A DNA stretch of 64,000 bases, taken from the NCBI GenBank assembly GCA_963711565.1, contig CAVQEQ010000001.1, positions 960,001-1,024,000 of the forward strand, in the 5' to 3' direction. The position numbers and the translations under genes were made by a program. This stretch comes from an uncultured delta proteobacterium. Its GTDB lineage: Bacteria; Desulfobacterota; Binatia; Binatales; Binataceae. This document shows, piece by piece, positions 18,863-28,463 of the stretch (position 1 is the stretch's first letter; the number at the start of each line of letters is the position of its first letter). The notes beneath the pieces are model-generated. The model searched no databases. It saw nothing but the letters and a program-made list of their open reading frames with translations, and was not told the DNA's origin.

Positions 18863-19592
18863 AGCCTGGTACGGTCACGGCCTGCCGTACATCGCGAAGA
18901 AGCGCCTGCCCGGCCATTTGATCGCAATCGAAGGCACCGACGGCGTCGGCCGTTCCGCGCAAATCGAACTGCTGCGGCCGTGGCTCGAGCTCGAAGGCTA
19001 CGCCGTCAGCAACACCGGATGGACCCGCTCGCCGCTCCTTTCCGAGACCATCAACGAAGCCAAGGCCGGCCATCAGCTCACGGTGACGACCTTCTCGCTG
19101 CTCTACGCGGCCGATTTTGCCGACCGCCTCGAACACGAAATCCTGCCGGCGTTGCAGGCCGGCTTCATCGTGATCGCCGATCGCTACATGTACACCGCAT
19201 TCGCGCGCAACTCCGTGATGGGCGCCGACCCCGATTGGACGCGCGAGGTCTTCGGCATGGCGCTGGTGCCCGACCTCGTCCTCTACCTCGACATCGACGT
19301 CGAGTCGCTCATCCCGCGCGTCATCATGGGCAAGGGGATGGACTACTGGGAATCCGGGATGCATCTCGCGCTCGGCACCGACCTGTTCGATTCATTCGAG
19401 CGCTACCAGAGCCGCCTCATTGACGAGTACCGGCGCCTGTCGAGCGAGTTCGGCTTCATCTCCGTCAACGCGCGCCTTCCCATCGAAGAGCTGCAAAGCG
19501 AGATCCGAAAACACATCGCCGAATATCTGTCCGGCGCCAACGGCAAGCCGCGTCCCGACTCGGCCGACAACGGCGTATCGCGCAAGGAATAG
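18837..19592 (+). CDS. Thymidylate-kinase-like protein B (degenerate Walker A)
   Basis: EGTDGVGRSAQ (Lys replaced by Arg), DFADR, ADRYMYTAFAR; clear paralog of the preceding gene. Confidence 0.85.
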   Translation: MAPHRRHAKAWYGHGLPYIAKKRLPGHLIAIEGTDGVGRSAQIELLRPWLELEGYAVSNTGWTRSPLLSETINEAKAGHQLTVTTFSLLYAADFADRLEHEILPALQAGFIVIADRYMYTAFARNSVMGADPDWTREVFGMALVPDLVLYLDIDVESLIPRVIMGKGMDYWESGMHLALGTDLFDSFERYQSRLIDEYRRLSSEFGFISVNARLPIEELQSEIRKHIAEYLSGANGKPRPDSADNGVSRKE

Positions 19593-19596
19593 GACT

Positions 19597-20665
19597 GTGG
19601 AAGATGAATCGCGCTCCGATGCGCCGCCGCGCAGGGTGACGCTTTCCCCCGGCGAAACCGTGGCCGACGCGGCGCGCAAGGCGATCGCGTTCGGCGCCGA
19701 ATCGCTCCTGCGAAATCAGAACGCGGCTGAAGCGGGCGACGTGGAGCCGATACATCAGCTGCGCGTCGCCACCCGGCGCCTGCGCGCGTCGATCGAATTG
19801 TTCGCGAACGTCATTTACGCCGCGCAGCTCAAAATCTTCCGGCGTGACATTCCGTGGATCGCCCATCAGGCGGGTGCTTGTCGCGAATGCGACGTGACCT
19901 CGGCGCTGATCGCCGCGCGCGCTGAAAAAATCGGTAGCGACCTGAGCGACGCGATCGCGCCGATGCTCGCGGCGCTCGACGAACGCCGCAAGGCCGGGCA
20001 CGCGACGTTATACGACCTGCTCGCGTCGAAGCGCTATCAGGGTCTGCTCGCGAAACTGTCGCACCCGGCGATCAAAAAAGTCGGCGCCGACCGCCGGCTC
20101 GGCGTCGTCGCCGCGCAATTGATCAGGCCCGCCTCGCGCGGCGCATCGCGCCTCGGCGAGAAGATCGCCGACGACGCTCCCGCCCTGGTTTTCCACAAGC
20201 TCCGCGTGCGCATCAAGCGGCTGCGCTACGAACTCGAAGATGATGGCGCCGCTCGGCGCCAAGCGTCATCGCAAAACTCTGGCCCGGCTCGAACAATTGC
20301 AGGAATTGCTCGGCCTCTATCACGACACCACGGTCGCGATTGCGTGGCTGTTGTCGTATGCCGAGACGTCGGCCGCGCCGCCCCGGACCGTGCTCGCGGC
20401 CGGCGCGTTGATCCAGTCGCTCGGCAAGCGTGAAAGCAAACTGCGGCGGCAATGCATGAAAGCGTGGAAGCGGTTCGAGCGTTCCGACGCGATGCGGGAT
20501 ACGCTCGAGGAAATTCGCAAAGCCGGCAGATTGAGCCCGATGCCCGTGAGCTCGCCCACTCAGGCTGCTGAATCATGCGAATCCGATCCGACGGATGAAT
20601 CGCGAATCGCGCACTCCAATCACAATTCGATGAACTCCCACTCCGCCGCGGCAACAATCCCATGA
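19597..20665 (+). pseudogene. CHAD-domain polyphosphate-binding protein, +1 frameshift at ~20238
   Basis: IHQLRVATRRLR and FHKLRVRIKRLRYELE in one frame; LQELLGLYHD continues in the frame starting at 20240. Confidence 0.85.
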
Positions 20666-21162
20666 TGCTTTATATTCTCCGTCACGCGACCGCTGAACAG
20701 GCCGCGTCGAGCGGCGACGACGGCGCACGCAAGCTGACAGATCGCTCGAAGGAAAAAATGCGCGGGGCCGCGGCCGGCTTGCGCGCGATGGGCCTTAAGT
20801 TCAACGTGATCCTGACCAGCCCGCTGGTGCGCGCCGCCGAAACCGCCGAGATAGTGTCCGCCGCCTACGAAAACGCTACGCCCCCGCAAGTCCTGCCCGC
20901 GCTCGCGACCGGCATCGCCGCCACCGAAGCGGTAACCGCCCTGCGCGCATTTTCAAAGCACGAAGACGTAATGATCGTCGGCCACGAACCGCAACTGAGC
21001 GCGGTGACGTCAATCCTGCTAACCGGCGCGGCCGACGTAGCTCATTTGAAATTGAAAACGGGCGGCTGTATCGCGATCGACTTGCCGACGCGCTTCGAAC
21101 GCGGCGGCGGCGAGCTTCGCTGGATGCTGACCCACAAGCAATTGCGCCAGATGCGCAAATAG
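20662..21162 (+). CDS. sixA: SixA phosphohistidine phosphatase
   Basis: LRHA, D..RKLT, TSPLVRAAETA, VGHEP. Confidence 0.92.
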   Translation: MMLYILRHATAEQAASSGDDGARKLTDRSKEKMRGAAAGLRAMGLKFNVILTSPLVRAAETAEIVSAAYENATPPQVLPALATGIAATEAVTALRAFSKHEDVMIVGHEPQLSAVTSILLTGAADVAHLKLKTGGCIAIDLPTRFERGGGELRWMLTHKQLRQMRK

Positions 21163-21170
21163 CGGCGCGC

Positions 21171-21788
21171 TCACTCCCACACTACCTTCACCGGGACTTT
21201 CTCCGGCTCGACTTTCGCCGCTCCGCTGCCCGGAATTGAGATCGCACTCTCCGGAAATTTGTCAGCCATCCAGATTTTTCCCGGCGTCAGCGCCGTCACC
21301 ACTCCGTCCGGCCTGACTTGGTCGCGAATATGAACCGCGCATGACCATCGCGCCGGCTCGCCGTTTACCGCGGGCAGCGTCCCCGTCATCGCCTCGCAAA
21401 TCGAATTATCCGCCAGCCTGAAAATCCACGGCTCCGGTTTCATTTCGCGGCTGGGGGAATTCGGCAGCGGCTTGCTCAGCTTCAAAACGAAGCCCTCGGT
21501 ATTCAGCGCCGGGTCGGCTCCGCAAACAAGCTCATCGCTCTTCGCCGTTACTGGAAAACACGGATCGCTGATTCCGTTGCCCACGGTGCATCGCCACGCA
21601 CCCGGTCGAGTAATCGCGATCGATTCAGTCCAGCACGACCCTTCTTGCGCGGCACCGCTCGGAATCGCGGGAACGAACCGAATTACTTTGGTCTCGATTA
21701 TCGTCAGCGGACTAACCGGCACCTGTGCCCGGACCGAGGTGGAGCTGAACATCAGCAAGAAACTGAAAATAAATATTTGGACTTTCAT
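21171..21788 (-). CDS. Secreted Cys-rich hypothetical protein
   Basis: Signal peptide; GSCW..S....R.GAWRC...N...DPCF; start overlaps the upstream stop (TGATG). Confidence 0.7.
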   Translation of the reverse strand: MKVQIFIFSFLLMFSSTSVRAQVPVSPLTIIETKVIRFVPAIPSGAAQEGSCWTESIAITRPGAWRCTVGNGISDPCFPVTAKSDELVCGADPALNTEGFVLKLSKPLPNSPSREMKPEPWIFRLADNSICEAMTGTLPAVNGEPARWSCAVHIRDQVRPDGVVTALTPGKIWMADKFPESAISIPGSGAAKVEPEKVPVKVVWE

Positions 21789-23152
21789 CAATTCGTCGGT
21801 ATCGGCAGCGGAAAGGTTGGGGAAGGTGTAGTGCCCGAGTGCACGGCCGCGGTGGCGACGCCGGCGAGGCTCAGATACCAGTCGCTCGGCAGCGGGCATC
21901 CGTCCGCATCGAGCGTCACGAATGAATATCCAGGCGGAATCCCGCTGACCGGAACTTCCGAGGCCTGTGGCAGCATCTTGAACATCGCCGTGCCTTCGTT
22001 TACCTCGTCGAACATCGCGCCATAAACCATCGTCGCTCCATCGCTGAGTGCGTCGTAGATCTGCTCCCAGTAGAAGAGGCCGCATTCGCGCGGAATCTGG
22101 TTGATTGGCGAGCTCACGCCCAGCGAGCGATTGGTGTTGGCGAAGGAGTAGCCCGGCCACACGACCGGCATATAGTCGACGCCGATCGCGCGCGTGGCCG
22201 CCAAGTCCGGTTGCCACACAGTCGCGCTATAACTGTCCGCCCCGGCATCGTTCGTGTAGCGGCCGACCGACCATGGACTCAACACGCCAAGCTTCGGCCA
22301 GACCTTCTTCCATTTGGGATCGGAAGAGGCATCCAGCCTGCCCGTCCGCCAATACGACGGCACGCCGCCCATTATGGTTATCCCCCCGAATTTCTTGCTC
22401 GCCTTTTCGAGTCCATTGAGGATGTCCTCCGCATTGGCCGGCGTAAGCGGCCGACCCGAAAAGCCAAACCCCCAGACCGCGAGCAGCGGATGCCCCCGAT
22501 GGTGCAGATAGGCGGGGCTGGTTGTAATCCCTTCCTTCTCGAGTTCCTTCCAGTCCTTCGCCACGCTCGAGATCTTGTCCTCCGGCAGGCCGGTGAGGTC
22601 GTACATGACGAAGAACACCCGCCCATTGTCCTCGGCCGCCTGGCGGACGTTGGTAAGGTCGATATTGCGCGCATCGCGCGTCGGAGCGTCCAGCAGATCC
22701 ACCGCGAACCGTTGCAAAGCGACGCCGTCCAGCCCGTATTGCTGCATCCATTGGAAGTGCGTCTCGACCGTTGCCGGGTTCGCGTTGCTGAAGAGATTCA
22801 CCGGATTCCCGCTGGCGTCGAGCATGCTGGTGACGCATTGCTCAGCCGTTGGGTAATCGGCGGCATTCGGCAGAAAATCCACGGTCGGGTCGGGTCCCGA
22901 AAACCAATGCCACCAGCCGACCTTTGTCCCGTCGCCCGGACAGTTGAACCAGCCCTGGTAGCCCATGATCAACTTCCCGGTAAGCGTGCTGGCGTCGACG
23001 GTGTCGGCGGTCTTGACGAATTGCGCCTTAACGATGCGCCCCTTGCGCTGCACACCCTGCGCGTGGGCGCATCCGGCTGGGATCGCCAGAAACCCGAAGG
23101 CGCCCAGAGCCAGCAGCCGCAGGCAGTTTCTTGTCCAGGACATCATTCGCAT
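21788..23152 (-). CDS. GH71/99-like secreted glycoside hydrolase
   Basis: MGYQGWF, HFQWMQQYGLDG, MYDL.G, SPWSVGRY, PV.WPGYS, AMFDEVNEGTA. Confidence 0.8.
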   Translation of the reverse strand: MRMMSWTRNCLRLLALGAFGFLAIPAGCAHAQGVQRKGRIVKAQFVKTADTVDASTLTGKLIMGYQGWFNCPGDGTKVGWWHWFSGPDPTVDFLPNAADYPTAEQCVTSMLDASGNPVNLFSNANPATVETHFQWMQQYGLDGVALQRFAVDLLDAPTRDARNIDLTNVRQAAEDNGRVFFVMYDLTGLPEDKISSVAKDWKELEKEGITTSPAYLHHRGHPLLAVWGFGFSGRPLTPANAEDILNGLEKASKKFGGITIMGGVPSYWRTGRLDASSDPKWKKVWPKLGVLSPWSVGRYTNDAGADSYSATVWQPDLAATRAIGVDYMPVVWPGYSFANTNRSLGVSSPINQIPRECGLFYWEQIYDALSDGATMVYGAMFDEVNEGTAMFKMLPQASEVPVSGIPPGYSFVTLDADGCPLPSDWYLSLAGVATAAVHSGTTPSPTFPLPIPTN

Positions 23153-23163
23153 TCCAAGTCATA

Positions 23164-24969
23164 TCAAAAAATCGGCAGCCTGACTCCCAATGTGACCATC
23201 GCGCCGCTCGCGACGCCCATCAGCGCCTCGCCCGCTACTAGGCCCGCCGCAAGCAGAATCCCGGGTCCGCTCTCGGCTTCGTCGTCGGGTCCGAAAAACG
23301 AGTGGGCGAGCGCGCCGATGAAAATCGCGACGCTGAGCCCAAACGGAAGATACAAACCGATCGCGGCCGGCATGATCGGCGTGCGCCACTGCGATCCGAT
23401 TCGTTCCAGGTAGCGATCGCTGAAGCCGAGCATCGCCGCGAGGATGGCTCCCGTCGCAATCGTTCCCAAGGGCAAGCCGCCGTGGAACACTCCCTGCGTC
23501 ACCTTCGCCATCAGAAACGCTTGCGGAGCCGCCAGCGCGCCGGCCCGCGCAGTCGCGGTGCCCGCGATTCCGTAACCAGCGATCAGCAGGTTTAGAATCG
23601 GCGCCATCAGGAACGACGACGCGATCGCGCCGATCAGCACGCCGATCTCCAGCGAGCGCGGCGTCGCGCCGACGTGAAATCCGGTCGCGAGGTCGTGCAT
23701 GGAATCACCCGCCATCGCTGCCGCCGTGCACACGATCGCGCCGGAAAGAATCGCCAGTTGCGGCCCGACGCTCGGGGACACGCCGACCAGTTTCAGGAAC
23801 AGCGCAACGGCGAGCAGTACGATTACCGTCACGCCCGACACGGGATTGTTCGACGCGCCGACTATTCCCGTCAGATAGCCCGCGATCGCCGTCGCGAAAA
23901 GACAGATTAACGTCAGCAGAATTGCGAGCACCGCGCTGAGCGCGACATCACCGCTCAGCCCAACGCAGATGGCGAAGACTACGGGAACGCAGAGCGCCAC
24001 CGCCGTCAGCACCGCGCGCGCCGAGAGATCGGTGTCCTCACGCGCCGTGGCGACCGCTTGCGACGAGCGCACGACGCGGATGCTGTCGGCGATCGCAGAC
24101 GCGATTCGCGTGCGCAACTTCCACAGCGTCACGACGCCGCCGGTGAGCATCGCGCCGACACCGAGATAACGCACCTGGCCGCTCCACAATTGCTGCGCCG
24201 TCGCGGCGGCATTACCTGCTCCATCACCACCATGAAGGGCGGTGAGCACGGGAATCGCGACCAGCCACGCGAATGCGCCGCCGGCGAATACCAGCGCCGC
24301 GATCCTGATTCCGATGATGTAGCCGACGCCGAGCAGCGCCGCCGAAATGTCGATCGAGCCCGCGACTGCCGCACCGCCGACCCATCGCGCGCCCGACACC
24401 GCGCCGGGAATAGCTCCGGCCACGTCCTGAAGGGCTTTCAGAGCCGCCGACAGCAGCCCGCCGATGACGAGGGGACGAACATTGGCCTGCGCGTCGGCCG
24501 CGCGAAGCACCTGCGCGCACGCGACGCCTTCGGGAAACGGCAGCCGCTCCTCGACGACATACGCGCGGCGCAGGAACACCACGAGCAGCGCGCCCATCGT
24601 CGCGCCGACGACGCATAGCGCCGTCACCTCGACGTACGGCAGAGTTCTGACGCCGCCGAGAATTACCAGCGCCGGGAAAGTGAAAATCGCGCCCGCCGCG
24701 ACCGCTTCGCCCGCCGACGCGATCGTTTGCACGACGTTATTCTCGAGAATCGTCGAGCCGCCGAGAATCCGGAGTATCGCCATCGAGATGACCGCGGCCG
24801 GGATGCTCGCTGACACCGTCAGGCCCGCGTACAAACCGAGATACGCATTCGCCGCGCCGAGAATCAGCGCGAGCGCGATGCCAAGTGAGATGCTCCGCGG
24901 CGTCAGCTCGCGAATCGGCTCAGAAATTGGAGTAGGAACGTCGCGCTGCACGCCGACAATATATGTCAT
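23164..24969 (-). CDS. OPT/YSL-family oligopeptide transporter
   Basis: ELT.R, NAYLGL.AGLTVSASIPAAVIS, ENNVVQT, FPEG.ACA, SNNPVSG, APQA. Confidence 0.92.
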   Translation of the reverse strand: MTYIVGVQRDVPTPISEPIRELTPRSISLGIALALILGAANAYLGLYAGLTVSASIPAAVISMAILRILGGSTILENNVVQTIASAGEAVAAGAIFTFPALVILGGVRTLPYVEVTALCVVGATMGALLVVFLRRAYVVEERLPFPEGVACAQVLRAADAQANVRPLVIGGLLSAALKALQDVAGAIPGAVSGARWVGGAAVAGSIDISAALLGVGYIIGIRIAALVFAGGAFAWLVAIPVLTALHGGDGAGNAAATAQQLWSGQVRYLGVGAMLTGGVVTLWKLRTRIASAIADSIRVVRSSQAVATAREDTDLSARAVLTAVALCVPVVFAICVGLSGDVALSAVLAILLTLICLFATAIAGYLTGIVGASNNPVSGVTVIVLLAVALFLKLVGVSPSVGPQLAILSGAIVCTAAAMAGDSMHDLATGFHVGATPRSLEIGVLIGAIASSFLMAPILNLLIAGYGIAGTATARAGALAAPQAFLMAKVTQGVFHGGLPLGTIATGAILAAMLGFSDRYLERIGSQWRTPIMPAAIGLYLPFGLSVAIFIGALAHSFFGPDDEAESGPGILLAAGLVAGEALMGVASGAMVTLGVRLPIF

Positions 24970-24996
24970 CGCGCAGCGGCGAGCGCGAGAGATGCT

Positions 24997-25488
24997 CTAG
25001 CTGTTCTTCGACTCCTGGAGCTTCGGATGCTCGACGGGCTTGCCGGCTGCAACCCAGCCCTGGATACCGTCGCTCATGACGCTCACGTCGGTGTATCCCG
25101 CGGCGATCGCGCGCCGCGCGGCCTCGTGCGACGCGGTGCATTGCGGGTCGGCGCAATAGAAGACCAGCTTGGCGCTTTTGTCGGGCGGCAGCGTCGTGGC
25201 GACATCGTACTTATCGTCGCTGCTGAGTAGATGCGCGCCTGGGATTACTCCGGCCGACGAACGCAGTCCCCATCCGTTCGCGTCATAGATGTTGACGTGC
25301 GAGTTCGGATTGGCCATCAGCGAGGCGAGATTATCGGCGCCGATGAGAGCGAACTTGTCCGGCTCTTTCGGCTTGTTGTTGAGAAGCGATCCGATGTCAA
25401 ACGCAAAGGCCGACGCCGTGGCGGACAAAACGATTGCGCCGACAATCGCCAAAACGACCGAGCGGCGCGCCCGCAAATAAATACTCAT
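24997..25488 (-). CDS. Exported rhodanese-like protein
   Basis: Signal peptide; G.IPGA, LVFYC, AGY..V..M..GI.GW. Confidence 0.85.
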   Translation of the reverse strand: MSIYLRARRSVVLAIVGAIVLSATASAFAFDIGSLLNNKPKEPDKFALIGADNLASLMANPNSHVNIYDANGWGLRSSAGVIPGAHLLSSDDKYDVATTLPPDKSAKLVFYCADPQCTASHEAARRAIAAGYTDVSVMSDGIQGWVAAGKPVEHPKLQESKNS

Positions 25489-25577
25489 ACCGGTAAGGGT
25501 ACCAAACGGCTTCGCGCGGGCAAAGATAGAATGATTCCCGCCCTTGAGCCATATTCGATTCGAGGTAAATCGTCGTC

Positions 25578-26357
25578 ATGCTGAAACTATTCGAGCATCC
25601 GTTTTCGCCGTACGTGCAGAAGGTCAAAATCGCACTCTACGAAAAGAATGTCGCGTTCGAGGTCGAGGTCCCCGACGCCTTCAGCGGCGCGCCGACACAA
25701 TTCGGCAAGACCAATCCACGGCTCGAGGTGCCCGCGCTGGTCGACGACGACTTTGCGATCTTCGACTCGACCATCATTCTGGATTACGTCGAAGAGAAAT
25801 GGCCCGTGCCCGCGATCTTGCCCACGACCCCGCGCGAGCGCGCTCGCGTGCGGATGGTCGAAGACGTGTGCGACACCTACTACGAGGCTATCAACTGGGG
25901 CCTGATGGAAGTGCGCGCGTGGAAGCGCGTAACCGGCGACGCCGCGAAACAACTCGAAACGAAAGCATCCGCGCAGACCGCCGGCGTGTTCGCATGGCTC
26001 GAACGCGAGCTTGGCGCCGCAAACTATTTCAACGGCGCGTCATTCGGCTACGGCGATTTGAGCGTTTACCCGCACGTGCGCGGCTCGATCGTCTGGGGCA
26101 TCCCGCCGAAGGCTGGAACCCGCCTCGCCGCATGGCTGACCCGCGTCGAAGAACGACCGAGCGTGCGCAAATCGATCGAGGCGGCACAGCAGTTCGCCGG
26201 CTCGATGGACATCCTGCCGCGGATGCTCGAGTCGGGCGCCTTCGCACGCCAATACCGCGACCATCGCCTCGAATGGATGCTCCGCAGCGGAGGCATCGAC
26301 GTGGTCCTCGAAGGTTTGAAGAAGAAGACGATCCGGTTCTCGAGCGAGATCTCCTAG
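25578..26357 (+). CDS. Glutathione S-transferase family protein
   Basis: SPY.QKV, NP..EVPALVD, DSTII.DY, F.YGDL. Confidence 0.9.
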   Translation: MLKLFEHPFSPYVQKVKIALYEKNVAFEVEVPDAFSGAPTQFGKTNPRLEVPALVDDDFAIFDSTIILDYVEEKWPVPAILPTTPRERARVRMVEDVCDTYYEAINWGLMEVRAWKRVTGDAAKQLETKASAQTAGVFAWLERELGAANYFNGASFGYGDLSVYPHVRGSIVWGIPPKAGTRLAAWLTRVEERPSVRKSIEAAQQFAGSMDILPRMLESGAFARQYRDHRLEWMLRSGGIDVVLEGLKKKTIRFSSEIS

Positions 26358-27004
26358 CGCGCGGCGGCCACAAATCCGGAGATGTCGCGGACGATCTCGC
26401 CACGCTCGATCGGCACGCATTCGGCGGGGAACTCGCGCGTGATCCGATGGCCCGCGTCCACCAGCGCGGCGATGAAGCTATCAAGATGGCTCATCGCACG
26501 CGGCAGGATGTCGTGCATCACGACCAGCGTGTGCGGCCGCGTTGAGGCGTTGCGAAGGGCGCGATCGACCCACGCGTCCTGGTCGATCCAATCCTCGGGG
26601 ACGCAATTCCACAGCACGCAGGTGTAGCGGTTCGCGACAATGTGATCGACGGCAGCACGGCTCAGCAGATGAGGCCCAATTTTGCCGCCGCCGCCGAACG
26701 GGCGGAACAGTTTCGGATTTTCGGCGAGTGCGCCGATCAAATTCTCGGTCTTTGCGATTTCTGAATCGACGGCGTCTACATTCGGATCGTCGCCCAGCGG
26801 AATCCGATGTGTGTACGAATGATTGCCGATTCGATGCCCCTCGGCTGCCGCTCGCTGCGCCAACTTCATCTTCTCAGGCGATGCAAGATTTTTGCCGAGC
26901 ACGAAGAACGACGCCTTGACGCCGCGGCGCGCGAGCACGTCGAGCACTATCGGCGTCACCGCGGGATCGGGGCCGTTATCGAACGAGAGTGAGACGTCGC
27001 CCAT
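26354..27004 (-). CDS. Polysaccharide deacetylase (CE4/NodB)
   Basis: SFDNGP, FFVLG, GNHSYTH, FRPFGG, VVMHD. Confidence 0.88.
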   Translation of the reverse strand: MGDVSLSFDNGPDPAVTPIVLDVLARRGVKASFFVLGKNLASPEKMKLAQRAAAEGHRIGNHSYTHRIPLGDDPNVDAVDSEIAKTENLIGALAENPKLFRPFGGGGKIGPHLLSRAAVDHIVANRYTCVLWNCVPEDWIDQDAWVDRALRNASTRPHTLVVMHDILPRAMSHLDSFIAALVDAGHRITREFPAECVPIERGEIVRDISGFVAAAR

Positions 27005-27013
27005 AGACTGCCA

Positions 27014-27871
27014 CTACTTGGCCGCGGTGAATGTGAACGAGTCGCCTTTCTTCGAGATCTTTCCCGCCGACGGAGTCGCAAAGTGCGTCCCGAACACGAC
27101 GACGTTGGTGTCGGCGTACTTCTCGCAGAATGCGCGCCGCGTCTTCTTGGCCATGGGAAGGTCGGAATCGAAACCGTCGTCCCATTCAGGAAATTTGCAT
27201 TGAATCGGATGATGCATCAGGTCGCCGGTGATGACGGCCTCATTCCCCTTCGACGAAATCCGCACGCTGTGATGCCCTGGAGTGTGGCCGGGCGTCGGCT
27301 CGAGCCATACTTCGTCGGTGATGCGAAAGTTCGAATCGACCATGTCTGCCACGCCCGCATCGACGCAGGGACGCACCGAATCTTCCACCGGATCGCGCGC
27401 GTCCTTGCCGTCGAAATGCGACCAGTAATCCCATTCGGTGCCGCCGATGATGTAGCGGGCGTTGGGAAACGTCGGCACCCACTTGCCGTCCTTGAGCTTG
27501 GTGTTCCAGCCGACATGGTCAACGTGCAGATGCGTACAAACGACGCGATCGATCTTGTCGCTCGGATGGCCGGCTTTTTCCAGGTCGCTCAGGAACGGCA
27601 GCTTGAGGTTGCTCCACACCGGATTCGAACGGACCTTGTCGTTGCCGATGCAGGTATCGACGATGATGCGCTTGCCCTGCGACTCGATGATGAGCGCGTG
27701 GATGCTCATGCGCAGCTTGCCCTTCTCGTCGGAGAAAGTCGGATAGAGCCAGTCCGCCTCCTTCTGGACGTTCTCGGCGGTGGCGTCCGGAAAGAGCCAC
27801 GTGCCCCGCCATGGTGCCTCGCTCTCGATGATACGCGTTATTTTGACGTCGCCGACTTTGAACTGGTTCAT
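27014..27871 (-). CDS. MBL-fold metallo-hydrolase (lactonase/methyl-parathion hydrolase-like)
   Basis: THLHVDHVGWN, PTFPNA, PGHTPGH, TGD..H, GTHF. Confidence 0.9.
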   Translation of the reverse strand: MNQFKVGDVKITRIIESEAPWRGTWLFPDATAENVQKEADWLYPTFSDEKGKLRMSIHALIIESQGKRIIVDTCIGNDKVRSNPVWSNLKLPFLSDLEKAGHPSDKIDRVVCTHLHVDHVGWNTKLKDGKWVPTFPNARYIIGGTEWDYWSHFDGKDARDPVEDSVRPCVDAGVADMVDSNFRITDEVWLEPTPGHTPGHHSVRISSKGNEAVITGDLMHHPIQCKFPEWDDGFDSDLPMAKKTRRAFCEKYADTNVVVFGTHFATPSAGKISKKGDSFTFTAAK

Positions 27872-27992
27872 CGCGAATCCTCCTGCGTAAGGCCAACTTA
27901 GCCCGAACTTTGGAGATTCGCCAAGCGTGAATGTTTGGCGCGAACTGGGCTATAGCTACTCGCGTACCAACGCGCTCGATGGAGGAATTGCG

Positions 27993-28463
27993 ATGGCGAA
28001 AATTCGCGGCGAAGGTCCGCAGCAGGATATCGATGAGATCGTACGGCTCCACAATCTATGGGTGAAAGCGAATCGCACCGGCAGTATCCCGATGATGCGC
28101 GACGCGTTTGTCGGCGGCGACAAGTTCTTCGGCTGGAACCTCAACGGCTTTGCCTACGACGGGATCGAAGAGTGGGCAACGCTGTGGGAATGGCTGGCCA
28201 ACTTCAAAGCGAAAGCAACGCTCGGCGAGGATGAAGACCTGCGCGTGCGCGTCCGTGGCGACATGGGATTTCTCTCGTGCCACGCGCCGTTCACGATCAC
28301 GCTCGCCGACGGCAACCCTCTTCCTGGCAGCGGCAAGTTCCGCAGTACCGAGGTCTACGTGCGCGAGGACGACAAGGGCAAGCCCGTCTGGAAGATGTGG
28401 CATTGCCATTTTTCGTGGTGTGCGCAAGGTCCACGAATGGCGTTCGAGAACGAGGCAAAGTGA
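27993..28463 (+). CDS. NTF2/SnoaL-like protein
   Basis: GGAGG RBS; helix followed by beta meander, RSTEVY...WKMWHCHFS. Confidence 0.75.
   Translation: MAKIRGEGPQQDIDEIVRLHNLWVKANRTGSIPMMRDAFVGGDKFFGWNLNGFAYDGIEEWATLWEWLANFKAKATLGEDEDLRVRVRGDMGFLSCHAPFTITLADGNPLPGSGKFRSTEVYVREDDKGKPVWKMWHCHFSWCAQGPRMAFENEAK

Noticed and set aside
21789-22217. N-terminal extension of the 21171-22217 ORF
   Set aside because: It overlaps the glycoside hydrolase out of frame; the real start is the coupled ATG at 21788, followed by a signal peptide.
26975-26977. FDNGP instead of FDDGP in the deacetylase as part of the G>A signature
   Set aside because: The context (GATAAC) does not fit the CGAC pattern, and I recall FDNGP as a natural subfamily variant.
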